This document shows, piece by piece, positions 39,001 to 43,404 of a stretch of 43,404 nt of DNA (positions within the stretch are counted from its first letter, which is position 1; each line of letters starts with the position of its first letter). The position numbers and the translations under genes are program-made. Origin of the DNA: a virus (lineage: Duplodnaviria > Heunggongvirae > Uroviricota > Caudoviricetes); the IMG/VR virus record IMGVR_UViG_3300012662_000013, positions 1 to 43,404 of that record; one strand, written 5' to 3'. The notes under the pieces are model-generated. The model had not been told where the DNA came from and did not search any database. It was given only the letters and a program-made list of their open reading frames with translations.

Positions 39001-42000
39001 TTTTAGCACTATGACCAATGGTTTAAGTTTTAATGTCGATGGTAGTATTACTATGGATAGCCAATAGGCTATTGCTTAGGTTGGTGCTTTAATTGGATAG
39101 ATGGATAATCTTGAAGCCGCAGCAACATTAGGTGGTAGCTTCTTAAGAGCTTTGTTAGACAGTAATATCGAATTTGATGCTTCCTCTATGGAAAAATTGG
39201 AAAATATGCTAATAGTCTTTGCTAAAGTCCAAAATGGTGAAAATGTAGATGTTAGCGAAGTCAAAAATGCGTTTAAAGATTTAGGGGATATTGGATTATT
39301 TGCTTCCGGTAAAGCCATTGATGTTCCTCCTTATAATATGGCTAATAAAAGTGGTGGAGGAGGAAGTAAGTCTAAAAAATCTGCTGCTGATATTGGTAAA
39401 GAAATTCAAGATGAAAAATTAAAAACTTATGAAAAGAAACGTGAATTGTTAGAAGCTAAGCGTGATGGAGCTAATCCAGAAGATGCTGCTAAATATATCC
39501 AAGAAGAAATTGATTTACTTAAAGAAGAGCAAGATATTCTTGAAGATTAGATTAAATCTTGGAAAGAATTATTAAAAGTTAAAGTTCAAGAATTTAATAA
39601 AGAACATCCAGAGTTTGAAATTAAACTTACTGATGATGGCGAGATTGCTAATGCTTCTGAATTATGGGGTTAGGTTTGGGCTTAGTATCAAAAGAATCTT
39701 GAAGATGGCATGAGTGAAGAAGAACTTAATGAATGGTTCACTAAAATTAAAGACGCTCTTGATGGTCCTATGGGTATCCAATAGAACATTGATGAAAACG
39801 TTGCTCTTATCGCTTAGAAAGAAAAAGAAGCTGCTGAACTTGAACTTGAGTCAATTACAAAAGCTATTGACTGGAAAGTTAAACAGATTGATTTTTAGAT
39901 TAAACGTCTTAATTACTATCAAGAAAAACTTCTTAAATAGGCTCACGGTAATAAACAAACTATTGAAGCAATGCTTGAAGGGTTTGCTTACCAAGAGCAA
40001 GAAATGTTATAGCTCTTTGACAAAGGTGCTACATTACGTTAGGGTATTGATTAGTTAAATGCCGCGAAAGCTAAGTATCCAGGTTATGAACAAATGTTCG
40101 ATGAATAGATACTTGAATATCAAAGTGATTTGATAGATGTTAATGAAGCTATTCTAGACTTGCGTAATGATATTGAAGATTTAGTTTAGAATGTTCTAGA
40201 CTTGGCACTTGATGAAATTGATAAGTAGATAGAACGTCTTGATACTTATACATCAATGCTTGACCATCTCAATAATATTATTGATTTGTCTGGTCGCTCA
40301 ATGCTTGATATGGGATTAAAAACTTAGATTGGCGCTACTAAGGTAGAAACAATGTTAGGTAAAATGAAATCCTTAAAAGCCCAGATGGATGGCTTAACTA
40401 AAGCGACTAAAGAAGCAGAGGCGGCCCTTGCTGACCGTTAGGCTGATGGCGATACCTCTTCTGTTAAATTCTGGGAGAATCAAGTTGAGGTCTTAAAACA
40501 AGAGACTGAGAAGGCTTCTGAAGAATTCTTAGCGTCTTGGGAAGAAACTCTTGAAGCCGCTCAAGATTTATTTGAAATGCGTGTTGAAATGGCTGTTGCA
40601 GTATTAAGTAATGCCTTATCACCATTTGAAACTCTTGAAGATTTCTAGGATAAATATGAAAAGGCAAAAACCATCAATGAAGAGTACCTTGATGATGCTG
40701 AACGTCTATATGAGTTGAATAAGTTAAATCGTTAGCTAAATTTATAGCTGGCTGATGCTAATGACCTTTTAGCGAAACAAAAACTTAGAGACCTTCAGCA
40801 AGAGATTCACGATCTTCAGGCCGATGGTGTCCAGATGAGCCAATATGATCTTGAGTATTTACAAAAGAAATATGATTTACAACTTGCTGAAATTGCTCTT
40901 ATGGAACAGCAAAACTCAAAGACTTCAATGCGTTTAGTGCGTGATGCCGCAGGTAACTGGACTTACGCTTATGATGCTGATGAAGAAAAGATTGAAGATG
41001 CTACATAGAAATATGAAGATGCTGTCCATGAGTTAGATTAGCTAAGTAAAGATTATATTAATGATGTGAGTGAATAGTTGATTTAGAATTAGATTGATTT
41101 TAAAGAAGCTTTACAAGACCTTGATAAGAATTCTGCTGATTATTCTAATTAGCTATTATCATTATAGGAATATTATGTTGAAAGACAAAGATATTTACTT
41201 GATGAATTAAATAAAGGTGTTGTAAATAGCGGATAGACTTTTCATGATACCCTTTACGGCCAAATGACTGATCTGTATGATTACAATGATGCTTATATGT
41301 TATTCGTTAATAATTCTAATGCTACTATAACTGAACTACAAACCAATTATAAAGATTGGCAAAAAGTTGTAGAAACTGCAATGAGTGTTGCTGGTACATC
41401 TTGGGATAACTTTGGTACTGATATGGGCGGCACTCTTGATAGCCTTGAAGAACATATTCAAAAATTATGTGATGAAATTGAGGAACTCGTTAATGTATTA
41501 ATGGGTTATATTTCTCAGTCTATTGGAATGGTCCTGGATTGGGAATAGAAATATTCTAAGCGTACTGATTAGGAACTTGCAGCCAATGAATCTTATATTG
41601 ATGGTAATTTTATTGGCAGTAGCAGTGGTGGAGGAAGTAGCAATGTAGATATGCAAACTGACTTTACTGCTTTAATACAGCGTTGGATGGCTGGTGAACG
41701 TGATTTAACTAACTGGGATAATTCTAAAACTTATAATAGTTTGGAAGAAATAAAAGCCGATTTAGGTAAAAAATTAGATGCTTTTGAAAATGGTGAAGAA
41801 ATACTTTTCTAGGGAAGTGGAGAATCATTTGACGAAGATGCTTATCAAACAGTTTATGATCATTTTTATAAAGGTTATGGAACTAACGGCGGAAGGTATG
41901 GATCTCTTTCTTATCCGAATACTTTTAGTAATAGTATTGTGGATAAAGCTGCTAATTACTTAGGAACAAAATATACCTATGGTGGTAAAGACGCGAGTAC

Positions 42001-42724
42001 TGGTTTAGATTGTTCTGGATTAGTATATAAAGCATTGAATGATGCTGGAGTTAATGTTCCTATATTAACGGCTGAAGGATATAAACAAATGGCTAAATCT
42101 ATTAGTTCTGCTAATATCAAACCTGGTGATTTAGTATTTTTTGGAGCTAATGGCGTGGCTGATCATGTAGGAATTTATATGGGCAATGGTTAGATGATAA
42201 ATGCTACGGGTACTAAGACTTAGATTACTAGTATAGATTCTAAAAAAGCTGGATTAATTGGTTATGGTCGTATAGGTAATAGTTATTCTTCTAGCGATAC
42301 TGCTGCTTTGATGGATAGACTTGGTTTATCTAGAAGAGGTGGAGCTGCTTCTGGAGCTTATACTGGTGATTGGGGTCCTGGTTAGGGTATAGGTATTGAT
42401 AATGGAAAAATTATTAAAGTCCATCCAAAAGAATTGATACTTAATAAATCTGATACTAGAAATATACTTCGTGCAGTTGATATTGTTCGTAATATGAATG
42501 ATTGGGTAGATAAACAAGTTTAGTAGTTATCTAATTTAAGTTCTTCAAAATTAGATAGCTTATATAATTCTGCTATCCCAAGATATGATACTCAACCAAT
42601 TAAGCAAGAAGTCACTATTCAAGCAGATTTCCCAGGAGTTACTGATCATTATGAAATTGAAGAAGCATTGTCTAATCTTAGCAATAATGCTGCTCAATAT
42701 ATAAGTGCGAATAAATCTAAATGA
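33035..42724 (+). CDS. tail tape measure protein with a C-terminal NlpC/P60 peptidoglycan endopeptidase, 3229 aa (about 115 TAG)
   Basis: GAAAGGAG RBS. 9690 nt with no in-frame TAA/TGA until TGA 42722. TP901-type N-terminal core, hydrophobic helices near 35.6-35.95 kb, long coiled coils. NlpC/P60 motifs YTYGG...LDCSGLV...PGDLVFF...HVGIY (about 41.93-42.27 kb). Confidence 0.9.
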
Positions 42725-42748
42725 GGAGGATTAATTTCCTCCTCATTT
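42719..42748 (+). terminator. hairpin at the end of the tape measure gene (weak U-tract)
   Basis: AAATGAGGAGGA/TCCTCCTCATTT stem. Confidence 0.55.
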
Positions 42749-42769
42749 AGAGGAGAGAAAGGAGTTAAT

Positions 42770-43404
42770 ATGGCTTATAATAGAAAAGAAGAATACTTAG
42801 CAGTAGTTAAACAACCAAAGCAAATTACTGATGAACTATTAGAAACCATTGATTATATCGCTCGGGCCCGTGATGCTGAATTATCATTTGATAAAACTAT
42901 AATTGCTGAAATTGTAAGTCTTAATAATGCTGATACTGGTGAATATTTTGTTGAATATCAAAAAGGTAAATTTAGAGCATACGTACCAGCTGGAACTACA
43001 TATACTTATTCTAAAGGAACTAATGTATATGTAAAAATTCCTGGTGGAGATTTTACTTAGAAAAAAACTATTGAGGGAAAAGTTTCTGCTTCTTCTTATA
43101 CAGAAGAAGAGTATGAAGATTTATCTCAATAGATTATTGAAGTAAATGAAATCCATAGCGATGGCAATGAATATGGTATTTTGGCATATGCGCCAGAAGA
43201 TAATACTTATTATGAAAAAGTAATTTATAGTAATGAAAAATTAGAAGACAATTCTATTTTTACAAGTTTAATCAGCACTTATCCAAATATTATGATTTCT
43301 GCTGATTTTAGGACTTAGTTTTATGGAACTATGGTGGCCGGCAATTATGGTTTAAAAGTAGAATTTGAAGAAAAAGATACTGGTGTTATTTTTACTCGTC
43401 GTTT
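42770..43404 (+). CDS. tail tip/baseplate-region protein, partial (3 TAG so far)
   Basis: AAAGGAG RBS. Frame open to the window end. Confidence 0.65.

Noticed and set aside
20142-42517. - strand and off-frame track ORFs in the late region (e.g. 20142-20606, 21321-21641, 22527-22823, 39076-39318, 39714-40058)
   Set aside because: They overlap the code-15 genes on the opposite strand or in another frame, with no RBS support.
33035-42724. TGA recoding, or TAG as pyrrolysine/Ser/Trp
   Set aside because: TGA never appears inside the reconstructed genes and terminates several of them, including the tape measure gene. TAG falls at Gln motif positions and is far too frequent for pyrrolysine.
15877-43404. 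Late region as pseudogenes or sequencing errors
   Set aside because: Interruptions are exclusively TAG, frames are preserved for kilobases without TAA/TGA, and catalytic motifs are intact.
1-43404. Integrase, att site, transposon, diversity-generating retroelement or intron
   Set aside because: No recombinase, transposase or reverse-transcriptase motifs, and terL and the tape measure gene are uninterrupted once TAG is read as Gln.

Overview
Part of a large tailed bacteriophage genome with siphovirus morphology genes. The host is most likely Gram-positive (Firmicutes/Clostridia-type): sigmaA promoters with TGn extended -10, long AAAGGAGG-type RBSs and an NlpC/P60 cell-wall hydrolase. The key point is that the standard-code ORF track is wrong for most of the window because TAG is read as a sense codon, almost certainly Gln (genetic code 15). 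With TAG=Gln, 15.9-43.4 kb becomes a continuous, tightly packed packaging/head/tail module on the + strand: HTH/Zn-finger protein, putative TerS, TerL, small nuclease, portal, protease-scaffold, decoration-like protein, major capsid, neck proteins, major tail, a hidden 456-aa ORF, a chaperone-like protein, a 3229-aa tape measure with about 115 in-frame TAGs, and a partial tail gene. The gene order resembles SPbeta-like phages. By contrast, 1.3-14.3 kb is a more GC-rich - strand early/host-takeover region of about 30 small genes in promoter-gene(s)-terminator cassettes. These genes have no internal TAG and three of them end in TAG, so the genome appears dual-coded. High-copy virion proteins avoid TAG or carry one near the C-terminus. 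No suppressor tRNA, release factor, integrase or CRISPR array was seen in the window. All counts are hand counts and all product calls are motif-based, without database searches.
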